Positions 18,901 through 29,834 of a stretch of DNA of 64,000 bases are shown in pieces (positions within the stretch are counted from its first letter, which is position 1; each line of letters starts with the position of its first letter). Under the pieces are notes generated by a model. It made no database searches, was not told the DNA's origin, and saw only the letters and a list, made by a program, of their open reading frames with translations. The stretch lies in NCBI GenBank assembly GCA_963703085.1, contig OY969789.1, positions 1,523,398-1,587,397 of the forward strand, given 5' to 3'. This stretch comes from an uncultured Actinomycetota bacterium. GTDB taxonomy: Bacteria > Actinomycetota > Actinomycetes > Mycobacteriales > Jatrophihabitantaceae. Position numbers and translations under genes: made by a program.

Positions 18901-21135
18901 TCACCGTGGTCCGGGTGCGCCTTGATCCGGCGGCGGATAACCGGGGTTGCCCGAAGCCGGCGGGTAACCGCTCGGCGGGGTGTAGCCCGGCGTGACCGGT
19001 GGCCCGCTGGGCGGCTGGTAGCCGGGATACGGGGCGGGCGGCGGCGGTGTCGGCGCGCCTCCTACGGAGGCGTTCGGGTCCGCGCCGTGCCGTGGGCCGG
19101 CCGGGGTGGTCACGCCGGGCGTCCCGTTCGATGAGCCGCCACCGTTCGGTGATGCGCCACCGTTCTGCGACGGCGTGCCGTTGGCCACGTACTTGCTGCC
19201 GTTCGGCGGTGGCGGCCGCTTGCCCCGCAGCGCCTCCGGGATCTCGATCGGACCACGGTCGCTCGGCGTGCGCTTGCCGAAGCCGTTGAAGCTGTTGTGC
19301 GGCGGGCGCTTGCGAACCGGGGCAAGGATGCGATCCAGGTCCTCGCGGCCCAGCGTCTCCTTCTCCACCAGCTCCAGCACCAGCGCGTCGAGTACGTCGC
19401 GGTACTGGACCAAAATCTCCCAGGCCTCGTCGTGCGCTGCTTCGATCAGGCCGCGCACTTCTTCGTCGATGTCCGACGCGATCTCCTCGGAGTAGTCGCG
19501 TTGGTGGCCGTAGTCGCGGCCCATGAACGGTTCGGAGTCGCCGGTGCCGTACTTCACCGCGCCGAGCTTGGCGCTCATGCCGTACTCGGTGACCATCGAC
19601 TTGGCCAACTGCGTCGCCCGCTCGATGTCGTTGGACGCGCCGGTCGTCGGCTCGTGGAACACCATCTCTTCCGACGCCCGACCGCCCAGTGCGTAGACGA
19701 GCTGGTCGATGATCTCCGAGCGGGTCTGGTTGTAGCGGTCCTCCAGCGGAAGCACCAGCGTGTGCCCCAGCGAGCGGCCGCGCGGCAGGATCGTCACCTT
19801 GTGCACCGGGTCGAGGTGGGGCATCGCCCACGCGGCCAGCGCGTGGCCGGCCTCGTGGTAGGCGGTGACCCGCTTCTCGTCGTCGCTCATCGCCCGGGTC
19901 TTGCGTTCCGGGCCGGCGATGACGCGGTCGATCGACTCTTCCAGCGCGGCGTTGGTGATCAGCCGGCCGTTGTTGCGGGCGGTGAGCAGCGCCGCCTCGT
20001 TGATGACGTTGGCCAGGTCGGCACCGGTGAAGCCGGGGGTCCGCCGGGCGATGACGTCGAGGTCGACGTCCTGCGCGAACGGCTTGCCCTTGGCGTGCAC
20101 CCGGAGCACGGCCTTGCGACCCTCCACGTCCGGCGGGCCGACCGCGATCTGCCGGTCGAACCGGCCTGGCCGCAGCAGTGCCGGGTCGAGGATGTCCGGA
20201 CGGTTGGTGGCGGCAATGAGGATGACGCCGCCCTTCACGTCGAACCCGTCCATCTCCACCAGCAACTGGTTCAGGGTCTGCTCGCGCTCGTCGTGGCCGC
20301 CGCCCATACCGGCACCGCGGTGCCGACCGACGGCGTCGATCTCGTCGACGAACACGATGGCCGGCGCGTTGGCCTTGGCCTGCTCGAAGAGATCGCGTAC
20401 CCGGGAGGCACCGACGCCGACGAACATCTCGACGAAGTCCGAACCGGAGATCGAGTAGAACGGCACCCCGGCCTCACCGGCGACGGCGCGGGCCAGCAGC
20501 GTCTTACCGGTTCCGGGCGGCCCGTAGAGCAGCACGCCCTTCGGGATCTTCGCGCCGATCGCCTGGAACTTGGCCGGGTTCTCCAGGAACTCCTTGATCT
20601 CCTCCAGCTCCTCGACCGCCTCGTCCGCGCCGGCGACGTCGGCGAAGGTGGTCTTCGGCATGTCCTTGTTGACGAGCTTGGCCTTGCTGCGGCCGAAGCT
20701 CATCACCTTGTTACCGCCACCCTGCATCTGGGTGAGGATGAAGAACAGGATGCCGAACAGCAACAGGAACGGCAGCAGGGTGAACAGCAACGACAGCCAG
20801 GGGTTGTCCTTGCTCACCTTGGTCGACAGGTCCACCCCGGCCTTGCCCTTGATCTCGTCGAAGATGGGACGAGTCGCGTCGGCCGGATAGGAGGTCTTGA
20901 TCTTGGTGTGGCCGTCGAGCGGCTTTTTCAGCTGCAGCTCGAGGGTCTGCTCCTTGTCGTGCAACACGGCCTTGGTGACGTTGCCGGTATCGACCTGAGC
21001 CAGTGCCTGGGAGGTGGTGACCGAGTGGTACCCGTCGCCGCCGGAGAGCAACGAGGGCAGCACGAAGACGGCGATGAGGATCACCAGTCCCCACAACCAC
21101 CATGAACGTGCGATGCGCTTGCGATCCATAGTCAC
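18901..21135 (-). CDS. ftsH: ATP-dependent zinc metalloprotease FtsH
   Basis: 744 aa. Two N-terminal TM helices. AAA Walker [14 protein letters not shown], Walker [12 protein letters not shown] region, and HEAGH zinc site. Long Pro/Gly/Asn-rich C-terminal tail. The start is GTG 21135 or ATG 21129. Confidence 0.97.
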   Translation of the reverse strand: MTMDRKRIARSWWLWGLVILIAVFVLPSLLSGGDGYHSVTTSQALAQVDTGNVTKAVLHDKEQTLELQLKKPLDGHTKIKTSYPADATRPIFDEIKGKAGVDLSTKVSKDNPWLSLLFTLLPFLLLFGILFFILTQMQGGGNKVMSFGRSKAKLVNKDMPKTTFADVAGADEAVEELEEIKEFLENPAKFQAIGAKIPKGVLLYGPPGTGKTLLARAVAGEAGVPFYSISGSDFVEMFVGVGASRVRDLFEQAKANAPAIVFVDEIDAVGRHRGAGMGGGHDEREQTLNQLLVEMDGFDVKGGVILIAATNRPDILDPALLRPGRFDRQIAVGPPDVEGRKAVLRVHAKGKPFAQDVDLDVIARRTPGFTGADLANVINEAALLTARNNGRLITNAALEESIDRVIAGPERKTRAMSDDEKRVTAYHEAGHALAAWAMPHLDPVHKVTILPRGRSLGHTLVLPLEDRYNQTRSEIIDQLVYALGGRASEEMVFHEPTTGASNDIERATQLAKSMVTEYGMSAKLGAVKYGTGDSEPFMGRDYGHQRDYSEEIASDIDEEVRGLIEAAHDEAWEILVQYRDVLDALVLELVEKETLGREDLDRILAPVRKRPPHNSFNGFGKRTPSDRGPIEIPEALRGKRPPPPNGSKYVANGTPSQNGGASPNGGGSSNGTPGVTTPAGPRHGADPNASVGGAPTPPPPAPYPGYQPPSGPPVTPGYTPPSGYPPASGNPGYPPPDQGAPGPR

Positions 21136-21353
21136 GCGCGGGGGCGCGTCAACGCCCCGCTTGCCTCCTGCTCAGCACTGGAAAACGGCCAGCAAACCTG
21201 CCGAAGACGGTACACGGCGCCGTTGGGACGGGCTCGCTCACGCTCAGCACGCCGAAGGCGGTGGACTGTCCTGGACGTGGGTTGAACGCGCCGGCCCGGT
21301 GCGGCGTTCCAGCCGGGCGTTCGCTCTCAGCGCAGCTGCCGCCGCCCGGCTGC

Positions 21354-21902
21354 TCACCCCCCGTAAACGCTGCGCTTCAGGATCCCGACGTAGGGCAGGT
21401 CGCGGTAGCGCTCGGCATAGTCCAGCCCGTACCCGACGACGAATTCGTTGGGGATGTCGAAGCCGGTGTACTTGACCTCCACCTGCACCTTGGCCGCGTC
21501 CGGCTTGCGCAGCAGTGTGACGATCTCCATCGAGGCCGGCTCCCGTGACATCAGGTTCTTCAGCAGCCACGACAGGGTGAGGCCGGAATCGATGATGTCC
21601 TCCACCACCAGGACGTGCTTGCCGGCGATGTCGCGGTCGAGGTCCTTGAGGATGCGCACCACTCCGGACGAGGTGTGCGACGAGCCGTAGGAGCTGACCG
21701 CCATGAACTCCATCGTGGAGGGCTGCTCCAGGGCCCGGGCCAGGTCGGACATGAACATCGCGGCGCCCTTGAGCACTCCGACCAGCAGGATCTCGCGGCC
21801 CGCGTAGTCGCTGTCGATCTGCTTGGCCACCTCGGCGATCCGATCGTGGATCTGCTCGGCGGTGATGACGACGGATTCGATGTCGGCGTCCAGGACGGAC
21901 AC
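21354..21902 (-). CDS. hpt: hypoxanthine phosphoribosyltransferase
   Basis: I trimmed the 543-aa track ORF to GTG 21902, with GGGAG upstream. PRPP motif [14 protein letters not shown] is present, along with [20 protein letters not shown]. Confidence 0.95.
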   Translation of the reverse strand: MSVLDADIESVVITAEQIHDRIAEVAKQIDSDYAGREILLVGVLKGAAMFMSDLARALEQPSTMEFMAVSSYGSSHTSSGVVRILKDLDRDIAGKHVLVVEDIIDSGLTLSWLLKNLMSREPASMEIVTLLRKPDAAKVQVEVKYTGFDIPNEFVVGYGLDYAERYRDLPYVGILKRSVYGG

Positions 21903-21979
21903 GGATGGCACTCCCAGCGGGTTGTGAGGACAGCGGCGGCGGCGGGCAGGGAACTGCCCGGTGGTGGGGCGGTGCACGA

Positions 21980-22933
21980 TCAGCAGCGGTGCACCTGCAG
22001 CCTGCCAGACGACCTGGTGACGGTGCAGCCCCCGGGCAGCTGGGCCGGCCCCTGGCCGTGCCAGTCGGCGACGAGGCGGTCGAGCGTCCCGAGATGTGTC
22101 GCAGTGAGCGGCTCGGTGCCGATTGCCCGGGCCCACAACCGCAGCACCCGAATGCGGATCGCGCGGGGTTGCCCGGCCAGCTCGTCGATCGGTAGCTCCT
22201 CGGACTCGTCGCCGAGCTGGCCGAACAGTTCGTCGGCGATGTGATCGAGTGCTGCACTGTCCTCGCGCAGCTGCGCCGCGGTGCGGGCCAGCGCCGGGGC
22301 GACACCGCCGCAGAGCACGTCGTCGAGCAGGGGCAACACCTCGCGGCGCAACCGGACCCGGGTGAACCGCGGATCGGCGTTGTGCGGGTCGTCCCACACC
22401 GGCAGGCCGAGCGCGGCGCAGGCTGCCTGCGTCGTACTGCGGCGCAGTCCCAGCAGCGGGCGCAGGTAGCGGCCGGTCCGCGGCGCCATCCCGGCGAGGG
22501 ACCGCGGGCCTGATCCGCGGCCCAGACCGAGCAGCACAGTCTCTGCCTGGTCGTCCAAGGTGTGCCCGAGCAGCACATCGGCGTGCCAGGCTTCGGCCGT
22601 CGCGTTCAGTGCGGCGTACCGGGCGGTGCGGGCAGCTGCTTCCGGACCGCCGGTGCCGGTGACGTCCACCGCGACGACCTCGACCGGATCGAAGCCGAGT
22701 TCGTACCCGAGCGCTGCCACGGCGGCGGCCCGCCCGGCCGACCCGGGCTGCAGGCCGTGATCCACGGTGAGCAGCCCGGCGCTCACCCCGGCCCGGTCGG
22801 CCTCGAATGCGGTCGCGGCAGCCAGCGCCACCGAGTCGGCGCCGCCGGAGCAGGCCACCAGCACGGCGCCGCCGTCGGACAGCAGCGCCCGTACCGCGCG
22901 ACGCACGGCTGCCACTGCCGGAGCCGGCCCCAT
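21980..22933 (-). CDS. tilS: tRNA(Ile)-lysidine synthetase
   Basis: PP-loop [12 protein letters not shown]. Also [21 protein letters not shown] and RPLL. Conserved position upstream of hpt. Confidence 0.9.
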   Translation of the reverse strand: MGPAPAVAAVRRAVRALLSDGGAVLVACSGGADSVALAAATAFEADRAGVSAGLLTVDHGLQPGSAGRAAAVAALGYELGFDPVEVVAVDVTGTGGPEAAARTARYAALNATAEAWHADVLLGHTLDDQAETVLLGLGRGSGPRSLAGMAPRTGRYLRPLLGLRRSTTQAACAALGLPVWDDPHNADPRFTRVRLRREVLPLLDDVLCGGVAPALARTAAQLREDSAALDHIADELFGQLGDESEELPIDELAGQPRAIRIRVLRLWARAIGTEPLTATHLGTLDRLVADWHGQGPAQLPGGCTVTRSSGRLQVHRC

Positions 22934-22991
22934 CAGCGCAGCCGGTTTTGGCGCGGAATCGTCGTATCGGCGGCTGATCCGCCAAAAGCGG

Positions 22992-24038
22992 TCAGCCGTG
23001 GACGCGGGTGATCCATCGCTCCGGAGCGCCGATCTCGTCCTTGCTGGGCAACGCCGACGGGGCGCTCCAGATCGCGTTGAACCCGTCCAGGCCCACCTTG
23101 TCGACGATCGCCCGGACGAAGGCCGACCCCTCCACGTACTGCCGGGTCTTCGCGTCGAGACCCAGCAGCCGACGGATCAGCTTGTCCAGCGGGTTACCGC
23201 CCTTGCGCCGGCGCATCGCGAAGCGCGCCTCGATCTGCCGCTGGGTGGGGATGACGGTGGGCGATACCGCGTTCATCACGTACTCGGCATGGCCCTCCAC
23301 CAGGCTCATGAAGCCGGTCAGCCGGTTGATCACGGCGCGCTGCTCGGGGGTGGCCAGCGCGTTGGCCAGCCCGCTGCCGTCCCCGCGACCGCGCACCGCG
23401 TTGACGACCTCGGTCAACCCGTTGCTGAGCCGCTCCTTCAGCGCCGCCGGGTCGAGATCCATCGACGAGGTGAGCGCATTGACCTCGTCGAGCATGTGTT
23501 GGCGCATCCACGGCACGGCGGTGAACTGCACCCGGTGGGTGACCTCGTGCAGGCAGACCCACAGCCGGAAGTCCGACGGGTCCACGCCGAGCTTGCGTTC
23601 CACCTCGACGACATTCGGCGCGACGAGCAGCAACTGCCCGTCCGGACGGTCGAAGAACTCGAACTGCCCGAGCACCTTGCTCGACAGGAACCCCAGCAAC
23701 AGCCCGGCCTGCGCACCGGTGACCCGGCCGCCGACCATCTCGGTCATCTTGCCGGTCTTGCCCTGCTCGGCGAGCCGGTCGAGCAGCGGGCCCATCAGCC
23801 GTGCCATGCCACCGGCGTTCACATCGATCCAGCCCGGCCGGTCGACGACCCGGGTGATCGCGGTCAGCGGTGGCTCGCTCAGCGCGGTCAGCTCAGCGAC
23901 GTGCGCTGCGGCGACCTCGGCAGCGTTGCTCAGCTCGGCGACCGCGGCAGCGGCCTCGTCGGCGCCGATCCGCGGCGGCGCGGACGCAGTCCGCTTGGCG
24001 GTCGATGCCGCCAGTTCCCAATCGATCAGCGAGGCCAT
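22992..24038 (-). CDS. zinc-dependent metalloprotease (Rv3626c-like hydrolase family)
   Basis: I trimmed the ORF to ATG 24038 (MASLIDWELA...). HExxH site in WVCLHEVTHRVQF. Conserved position upstream of tilS. Confidence 0.85.
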   Translation of the reverse strand: MASLIDWELAASTAKRTASAPPRIGADEAAAAVAELSNAAEVAAAHVAELTALSEPPLTAITRVVDRPGWIDVNAGGMARLMGPLLDRLAEQGKTGKMTEMVGGRVTGAQAGLLLGFLSSKVLGQFEFFDRPDGQLLLVAPNVVEVERKLGVDPSDFRLWVCLHEVTHRVQFTAVPWMRQHMLDEVNALTSSMDLDPAALKERLSNGLTEVVNAVRGRGDGSGLANALATPEQRAVINRLTGFMSLVEGHAEYVMNAVSPTVIPTQRQIEARFAMRRRKGGNPLDKLIRRLLGLDAKTRQYVEGSAFVRAIVDKVGLDGFNAIWSAPSALPSKDEIGAPERWITRVHG

Positions 24039-24082
24039 GCCTTGCACGGTAGCGGGCAAGACCGGACGGCGCCGCGCGGTGC

Positions 24083-24841
24083 TCAGCTGCGCGGGTAGCG
24101 GACCAGGTGCTGGGTGTAGCCGCCGTCGACGACGACGGTGGAACCAGTCATGTACCCGGCGGCATCCGAAGCAAGGAACGTGACGACCGACGCGACCTCC
24201 TCGACGCTGCCGACCCGACCCATCGGGATCCACTCGTTGAAGTTGTGCCGACCGACGTCATCGAGCAGCTGCCGGTTCAGGTCCGTCTCGATGGCACCTG
24301 GGGCGACCGCGTTGACCCGCACCCGGTCCGCGGCGAATTCGATCGCGGCGGTGCGGGTCAGCATCGACAGTGCCGCCTTGGCCGCGGCATACGCGCCATT
24401 GCCCCGGACCGGGACGGTGTCATGGATCGACGTGATGTTCACAATGCTGCCGGTGCCATTGGCTGAAAGCTGTGGCAGCAGCAGGCGCATGAGCTGCAGT
24501 GGGGCGACCAGATCGACTTCGAGGGTGCCCAGGAACGCGTCCCGGTCCAGATCGGCGAGTTCGGCGTGCTGCTCGGTGGCCGCGTTGTTCACCAGGATGT
24601 CCAGCCGTGGTTCGTCGGCCAACTCGGCCGCGATCCGCGCCGGCGTCTGCGGATCTGCCAGATCACCGGCCACGGCCCGCGTGCCGAGTTCGATCGCCAG
24701 TGCCTCCGCCGCGGCACCGCTCAGACCGTGCACGATCGCTCGGCCGCCGGCCGCGGTGATCGCCCGTGCAGTCGCCTCCCCGATGCCCGAGGTGGCCCCC
24801 GTGATGAGGGCGCAGCGGCCCTGCAACGGCCCGCCGGTCAT
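24083..24841 (-). CDS. SDR family oxidoreductase
   Basis: TGATSGIGEA cofactor motif, NNAA, and catalytic YAAAKAAL. Confidence 0.9.
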   Translation of the reverse strand: MTGGPLQGRCALITGATSGIGEATARAITAAGGRAIVHGLSGAAAEALAIELGTRAVAGDLADPQTPARIAAELADEPRLDILVNNAATEQHAELADLDRDAFLGTLEVDLVAPLQLMRLLLPQLSANGTGSIVNITSIHDTVPVRGNGAYAAAKAALSMLTRTAAIEFAADRVRVNAVAPGAIETDLNRQLLDDVGRHNFNEWIPMGRVGSVEEVASVVTFLASDAAGYMTGSTVVVDGGYTQHLVRYPRS

Positions 24842-24856
24842 GTCGTCACCTCGAGC

Positions 24857-26068
24857 TCACCATGCCGGCATCACCGGGTACCACCCCGGCCGGCGCGGAT
24901 CGGCGCCGTGGCCGGAAGTGCCTGCTACGTAGAGGTTCGCGTACGCACCGCTGTCGTGCAGCCGGCGGTATTCGGCCACCTTCTCCCGGTCCAACTCGAC
25001 TCCCCAGCCCGGTCCGTCGGGCGGGACGACGGTACCGTCACCGGCCGGCAGCAACCGCGCTCCGGCGATCACGTCGTCGACGAGATGGTGGTAGTGCGCG
25101 TCGACGCCCAGGGTCAGGTTCGGGATCGTGACTCCGGTGTGGGCCATCACGGCCATCCCGATGCCGAGTTCGATGCCGGAGTGCATGCCCAGGCCGAGGC
25201 CGAGCACGGCACACATGTCGCCCAGCACCTGGGTGCGCGTCGGGCCGCCCCAATACCAGGGGTCGGAGAGCACCACGTCCACCGAGCCTTGTGCGATCGC
25301 ACCGGGCAGGTCGGCGAACTCGACGACCACCATGTTCGTGGCCAGCGGAAGCGTTGTCCGCGAGCGAACCTGCGCCATTCCTGCCTGGCCGGGCGCCGGG
25401 TCCTCGTAGTACTCCAGACCGATACGTTCGAAGGCCTTCGCGTGCTTGATGGCTGTAGCCGGCGTCCATGCCGCGTTCGGGTCGAAGCGGATCGCGACGT
25501 CGGGCAGCCGGTCGCGGATCGCCTGCGTGGTGCGCACTTCGGTATCCGGATCCAGTACGCCGCCCTTGAGCTTCACCGTCCGGTAGCCGTACTGCTCGAC
25601 CAGATCTGCCGCGTGCTCGGCCATCGCTTCCGGTGTGTCGATTGCCGCCACGTCGTCGCGCGGATACCGGTAGAAGCAGTACGCAGCCATGTCGATGGAC
25701 GGGCGCAGCGCACCTCCGAGCAGCTGGTACGCGGGGACGCCGGCCGCCTTGCCCTGTGCGTCGAGAAACGCCATCTCCAGCGCGGCTGCGGTCAGCGCGT
25801 TGTTGCTCCAGTAGAAGCGCTGCGTCACCCGCATCCGCAGCACCGCCAGCTCGTGCACCGTCAGACCGATCGCGACCGGCGCGTGCGTCATCACCTCGGC
25901 CGCGGAGGCCGCGGTCTCGCCGAGGCCGACGATGCCGCCCGCGGTATGCACCTCCACGATCGTTCTGGTGAACGCCTCGTGCACGCCATACGAGTGCCGG
26001 ATCGGTGCCTGGATCGGCACGGTCACCTCGTAGGCGTCGACCTTGCTCACGACCAGGTCGGTGTTCAT
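24857..26068 (-). CDS. enolase-superfamily acid-sugar dehydratase (glucarate dehydratase-like)
   Basis: 403 aa. Mandelate racemase/muconate lactonizing N-terminal and C-terminal barrel pattern (KLKGG..., FDPNAAW, YYEDP). The C-terminal RRPGWYPVMPAW resembles the GudD C-terminal PGW motif, recalled from memory. The ATG overlaps the upstream stop (ATGA). Confidence 0.8.
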   Translation of the reverse strand: MNTDLVVSKVDAYEVTVPIQAPIRHSYGVHEAFTRTIVEVHTAGGIVGLGETAASAAEVMTHAPVAIGLTVHELAVLRMRVTQRFYWSNNALTAAALEMAFLDAQGKAAGVPAYQLLGGALRPSIDMAAYCFYRYPRDDVAAIDTPEAMAEHAADLVEQYGYRTVKLKGGVLDPDTEVRTTQAIRDRLPDVAIRFDPNAAWTPATAIKHAKAFERIGLEYYEDPAPGQAGMAQVRSRTTLPLATNMVVVEFADLPGAIAQGSVDVVLSDPWYWGGPTRTQVLGDMCAVLGLGLGMHSGIELGIGMAVMAHTGVTIPNLTLGVDAHYHHLVDDVIAGARLLPAGDGTVVPPDGPGWGVELDREKVAEYRRLHDSGAYANLYVAGTSGHGADPRRPGWYPVMPAW

Positions 26069-28281
26069 CTGCTCGGCTCCTCGCTGCGCGGGCCGAGAAC
26101 ACGCAACCCGAACCGGAACTGCATGTCCTCGTCATACCACTGCGGGAAGGCTGTCCCCCAGAGGTTGTTGTAGAGGTTGACGTGCATCCCGCCGCGCAGA
26201 TCGAGCGGGTCGTTGTCGAACTCCAGCAGCGCCGGCCGGCCGGGTGCGACGAGTGGGGCGTCCACCGTGTCGATGCCCAGACCGCCGTCGGCATCGCGGT
26301 ATTCCGCGCCGCGGCCGACACCGTGCAGGTGCCGGCCGCCGTCAGCGATGACGTCCTGCGGCGCGACCTGCTGGCCGAGTTTGTCGAGCAACCACCCGTC
26401 CGGGTCGTCCGCCGCGGGACAGAACGAGAACCACATCGCTTCCGGCAGCCGCGACGCCCGCTTGCCTGCGGCAACCAGCCGGATCTCGACGTGCGGCCCC
26501 TCGGCGGCGAGTCGGTACTCCACCCACAGCTGCGCCGGCCAGGCGAGCAACGGGCTCTCTTCGGGCGATGGCTCGGGCATCCGCAACCGGCCGACCGCCC
26601 GCTGCGGGGCCGACCCGTCGGCCAGCCAGAAGTCGGCGCCGTCCGGGGCCACGGTGCGCGAGCGCGCGTCGAATTTGCGCAGGCCGGGCTTGGCGAAGTC
26701 GTTGTCGGCGAACGCGGCGCTGTTGTACGCGGCGTTGTAGCGCACGTAGTCATCAGCGCTGAAGGTCTGATAGCTGAACGTGCCCAGACCGGCCGCCGTG
26801 GCCCACTCCCGACCGGTCGCTCGGTCGATGAGTCCGGTGATGCCGCCGTGCTGATCGGACAGTGTCACCTCGAAGTTCTCATTGACCAGCCGGACCGGAT
26901 CGGTCGCGGGAGTCATCCCGGCACAGGACGGCAGAACCGGGGCCAGGCGCTGTAGCCCGGCCAGCCCGGCAGTGCGCAGCGGTTGCGGCAGCGACTGCAC
27001 CGCTCTGCGCGGGCGCTCGCGTTTGACGGCCCATTCCCGGTCGACGGCCGCGAACTGCTCGTCGTTGCTGCGTGCGGCGGCCAGCGCGTCGGGCGGATAG
27101 CTGTCCCACTCACGCAGGTACACCGACGTGTTGAGTCCCCAGTTGTGCTCCGGTGCGGCGATCAGTTCGGCGAGCAGGCGCAGGTCGTCCGCTCCGCCGG
27201 ATTGCAGCTGGGCACTCTCGATCCACCCGCGGCGCATCCGGAGCACCTCACGCAGGGCACTGGTCTTCGCGGGGTCGGAGCCCGTTCCGTAGATCCACGT
27301 GTCACCGATCTCCTGGGTGACCACCGGCAGGTACGGCTGCAACGGGGCGATGACCTCGGCAATCGTGCTGAGATCGCAGGCAACGATCCGCGCGCCGGGG
27401 AACTTGCTGCGCAGGGATGCATACGCCGCCTCGATCGAGGTGACCGTCTGCGGTCCGTGGTTGTCGCCGTGCACCCGCATCGACACCGCTGCCGTCGTGC
27501 CGGGCAGCCGGGCGGTGCCTCCGTAGGCGGTCGGGTGGTAGAGGACGGCGACCTGCTTGCCGTCCGGTGCCCGCCAGTTGAACAGATGCGTGCGCGGCTC
27601 GTTCGCCGCTTCGGTGGACAGCCGGCGCAGTTCCTCGTCGCTCACCTGCCGATCCGCGAAGACCGGCTCGTCGGCATACGTGCGGAAGGTGTCCGGGTCG
27701 GGGACGTCGACGCCGGACTCCGGCAACAACCCGTCCGGCCCGAAGAAGGGCACCCCCGGTGCCTTGCATCCCGGGTTGCAGCCGATGTCCAGAAAGGTGA
27801 CGCCGGCATCGGCGAGCACGCTGACCAATCCCCGGGTGTGGCCCGGCACGTCGGTCAGCCGCGCCGCCGTGGTGCGCTTGCCGAACCGCCCGTCCAGCAC
27901 CTTGGCGAACTGCATGGACGCCTCGACCGACGAACGGTCCAGCAGCTCGGTGTACCAGGTGAACGGCAGCGCATGCCAGACCAGGTCGCCGGCCGCGATG
28001 GCCGCTTCAGCACGCTGCAGGGCAGCGCCGGTCGCCTGCTGCAAATACGTGTACAGCAGCCAGGCCGGGACGGTCCAGACCAGTCGTTCCTCGCCGCCGC
28101 GCAGGCGCAGCCGTTCAGCCGTATCGATCGCCGCTGGCAGGTGCTGTTCGAAGTACTGGCGCAGCACGTTCTCCTCGGTGTCGGTGAACCCGACGTCGAG
28201 GTGGCACTTGAACATCACGTAGACGACCTCGACCGGCAGCTCCTGCCAGTCCTGCCGGTAACCGACGGCGGGCCTGCTCAC
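26065..28281 (-). CDS. DUF5054 / glycoside hydrolase family 38 N-terminal-like protein
   Basis: 738 aa. The N-terminal VMFKCHLDVGFTD (His-x-Asp metal motif) and PGHTRG resemble the GH38-like DUF5054 family, recognised from memory. Translationally coupled on both sides (GTGA and ATGA overlaps). Confidence 0.7.
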   Translation of the reverse strand: MSRPAVGYRQDWQELPVEVVYVMFKCHLDVGFTDTEENVLRQYFEQHLPAAIDTAERLRLRGGEERLVWTVPAWLLYTYLQQATGAALQRAEAAIAAGDLVWHALPFTWYTELLDRSSVEASMQFAKVLDGRFGKRTTAARLTDVPGHTRGLVSVLADAGVTFLDIGCNPGCKAPGVPFFGPDGLLPESGVDVPDPDTFRTYADEPVFADRQVSDEELRRLSTEAANEPRTHLFNWRAPDGKQVAVLYHPTAYGGTARLPGTTAAVSMRVHGDNHGPQTVTSIEAAYASLRSKFPGARIVACDLSTIAEVIAPLQPYLPVVTQEIGDTWIYGTGSDPAKTSALREVLRMRRGWIESAQLQSGGADDLRLLAELIAAPEHNWGLNTSVYLREWDSYPPDALAAARSNDEQFAAVDREWAVKRERPRRAVQSLPQPLRTAGLAGLQRLAPVLPSCAGMTPATDPVRLVNENFEVTLSDQHGGITGLIDRATGREWATAAGLGTFSYQTFSADDYVRYNAAYNSAAFADNDFAKPGLRKFDARSRTVAPDGADFWLADGSAPQRAVGRLRMPEPSPEESPLLAWPAQLWVEYRLAAEGPHVEIRLVAAGKRASRLPEAMWFSFCPAADDPDGWLLDKLGQQVAPQDVIADGGRHLHGVGRGAEYRDADGGLGIDTVDAPLVAPGRPALLEFDNDPLDLRGGMHVNLYNNLWGTAFPQWYDEDMQFRFGLRVLGPRSEEPSR

Positions 28282-28946
28282 AGCACGCCGAACGTGGCGA
28301 ACGCCTCGGTGGCCAGCATGCCCTCGGAGACCGCAGTTCGGAACTCGCGCTCGCTGGAGCGCTTCAACAGTGCTGCCTTGATCGTCTGCTCGATCAGATC
28401 CCGGGGAACGATCGCGGCGCCGTCTGCGTCAGCAACGATGAGATCGCCCGGCTCGATCCGGACGCCGTCGATCACGCAGGCCACGTCGTGCGCGATGATC
28501 TCGTGCCTACCCTGGCTGTCATACGGGATGGTGCCGGCGCTGATGACCGGGAAGCCCAGTCGGCGCACCGCTCGGGTGTCGCGGATCAGTCCGTCGGTCA
28601 GCGCACCTGCGGCGCGCCGCGCGACACATGCCGTGGACAGCAACTCGCCCCACACCGCAATGTCCTGGGCCCGCTGCGTCGGCGTGACGAACACGTCGTC
28701 GGGCTTGATCGCATCCAGTGCGGCGACCAGGCCGCGGAACGGCTCCGGCGGCACGCCGTAGACCCGCTGCAGGTGCACCGGGAAGGCGTAACCCACCAGC
28801 ACCTGCTCAGGGTCGAGCGGGCGCAGACCCGCCCCGAGGCACTGCTGGCGCAGTCCGATCGCATCCAGGACGTCGGAGACGACCGCCGGCGACAGCTCGG
28901 CGCGGACCGCGGCGAGATCGATCGCGGGTGTAGGACCAGAGGACAT
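28278..28946 (-). CDS. RraA family protein (class II 4-hydroxy-2-oxoacid aldolase / oxaloacetate decarboxylase-like)
   Basis: 222 aa. RraA/HMG-aldolase motif: WGELLSTACVARRAAGALTDGLIRD, followed by GFPV...G. Confidence 0.85.
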   Translation of the reverse strand: MSSGPTPAIDLAAVRAELSPAVVSDVLDAIGLRQQCLGAGLRPLDPEQVLVGYAFPVHLQRVYGVPPEPFRGLVAALDAIKPDDVFVTPTQRAQDIAVWGELLSTACVARRAAGALTDGLIRDTRAVRRLGFPVISAGTIPYDSQGRHEIIAHDVACVIDGVRIEPGDLIVADADGAAIVPRDLIEQTIKAALLKRSSEREFRTAVSEGMLATEAFATFGVL

Positions 28947-28970
28947 CAGGCAGCTCCGGGATAGGTGCGG

Positions 28971-29834
28971 TCAGCTCTTCACCCCGCCACCGGTCAGACC
29001 GGCGACGAAGTGACGCTGCAGGACGAAGAAGATCACCAACGGCGGCAACGTGGTCACGGCCGAGGCGGCCATGAGCGGGCCGATGTTGGGATTGTGCTCA
29101 CCGATCAGCGAGGCCAGGCTCACCGTCGCCGTCGTGGTCGAACCGCTGAGGAACACCAGTGCGAAGAGGAACTCACCCCAGCAGGCCAGGATCGCGTAGA
29201 CGGCCACGGCGGCCATCCCTGGCCGGGCGATCGGCAACACCACCGACCACAGGATGCGCATCCGGGACGCACCGTCGATCAGCGCGGCCTCGGTGAGCTC
29301 GAAGGGGATGCTGCGGAAGAACCCCACCAGCATCCACACACAGACCGGCAGGAACAGAACGGTGTAGGCCGACGTGAGCCCGGTGATCGACCCGATGAGC
29401 CCGAGCTTGTTCCACAGCAGGTACACCGGCACCAGGACGGCGGCCTGCGGGAGCAATTGGGTGAACAGCGTCAAGGTCAGGAAGCCGGACGCACCGGGGA
29501 AGCGCCACTGGGTCACCGCGTAGGCCGCCATCGAACCGAGGATGAGCACGATCGCGGTCGTCACCAGGGCGACCACGGCGCTGGTCACCAGCGCCTGCGG
29601 CAGGCCACCGGCGTCGAGCACCGCGCGGAACTGCGCTGTGGTCGGCGCATGCGGGAACCAGGTGGGGTGGGTGCGGCCGAGCTCGGAGTCGGGCTTGAAG
29701 GCAGAGGCGACCATCCAGTACGTGGGGCCCACCGCGAAGACGAGACCGACCAGTAGCAGGACCACCCGACCGATGCGGGCCGGTGGCCGGGAACGCCGCC
29801 ACGGCAACGTGGCGGTACTCTGCTCAGCCGGCAT
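28971..29834 (-). CDS. carbohydrate ABC transporter permease (MalG-like)
   Basis: 287 aa with 6 TM helices. EAA loop: FELTEAALIDGASRMRILWSVVLPIARP. Confidence 0.9.
   Translation of the reverse strand: MPAEQSTATLPWRRSRPPARIGRVVLLLVGLVFAVGPTYWMVASAFKPDSELGRTHPTWFPHAPTTAQFRAVLDAGGLPQALVTSAVVALVTTAIVLILGSMAAYAVTQWRFPGASGFLTLTLFTQLLPQAAVLVPVYLLWNKLGLIGSITGLTSAYTVLFLPVCVWMLVGFFRSIPFELTEAALIDGASRMRILWSVVLPIARPGMAAVAVYAILACWGEFLFALVFLSGSTTTATVSLASLIGEHNPNIGPLMAASAVTTLPPLVIFFVLQRHFVAGLTGGGVKS

Noticed and set aside
18901-19300. Pro/Gly/Asn-rich repetitive C-terminal tail of FtsH ([14 protein letters not shown]..., [33 protein letters not shown]).
   Set aside because: Low-complexity C-terminal extensions are common in actinobacterial FtsH. 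Nothing here distinguishes this one.
22942-22991. 12-bp stem (one mismatch) with a 26-nt loop immediately after the Zn-protease stop, and short hairpins at 14798-14813 and 21946-21961.
   Set aside because: The stems are short or imperfect and lack U-tracts. They are compatible with weak terminators or with chance, which is not enough to call.
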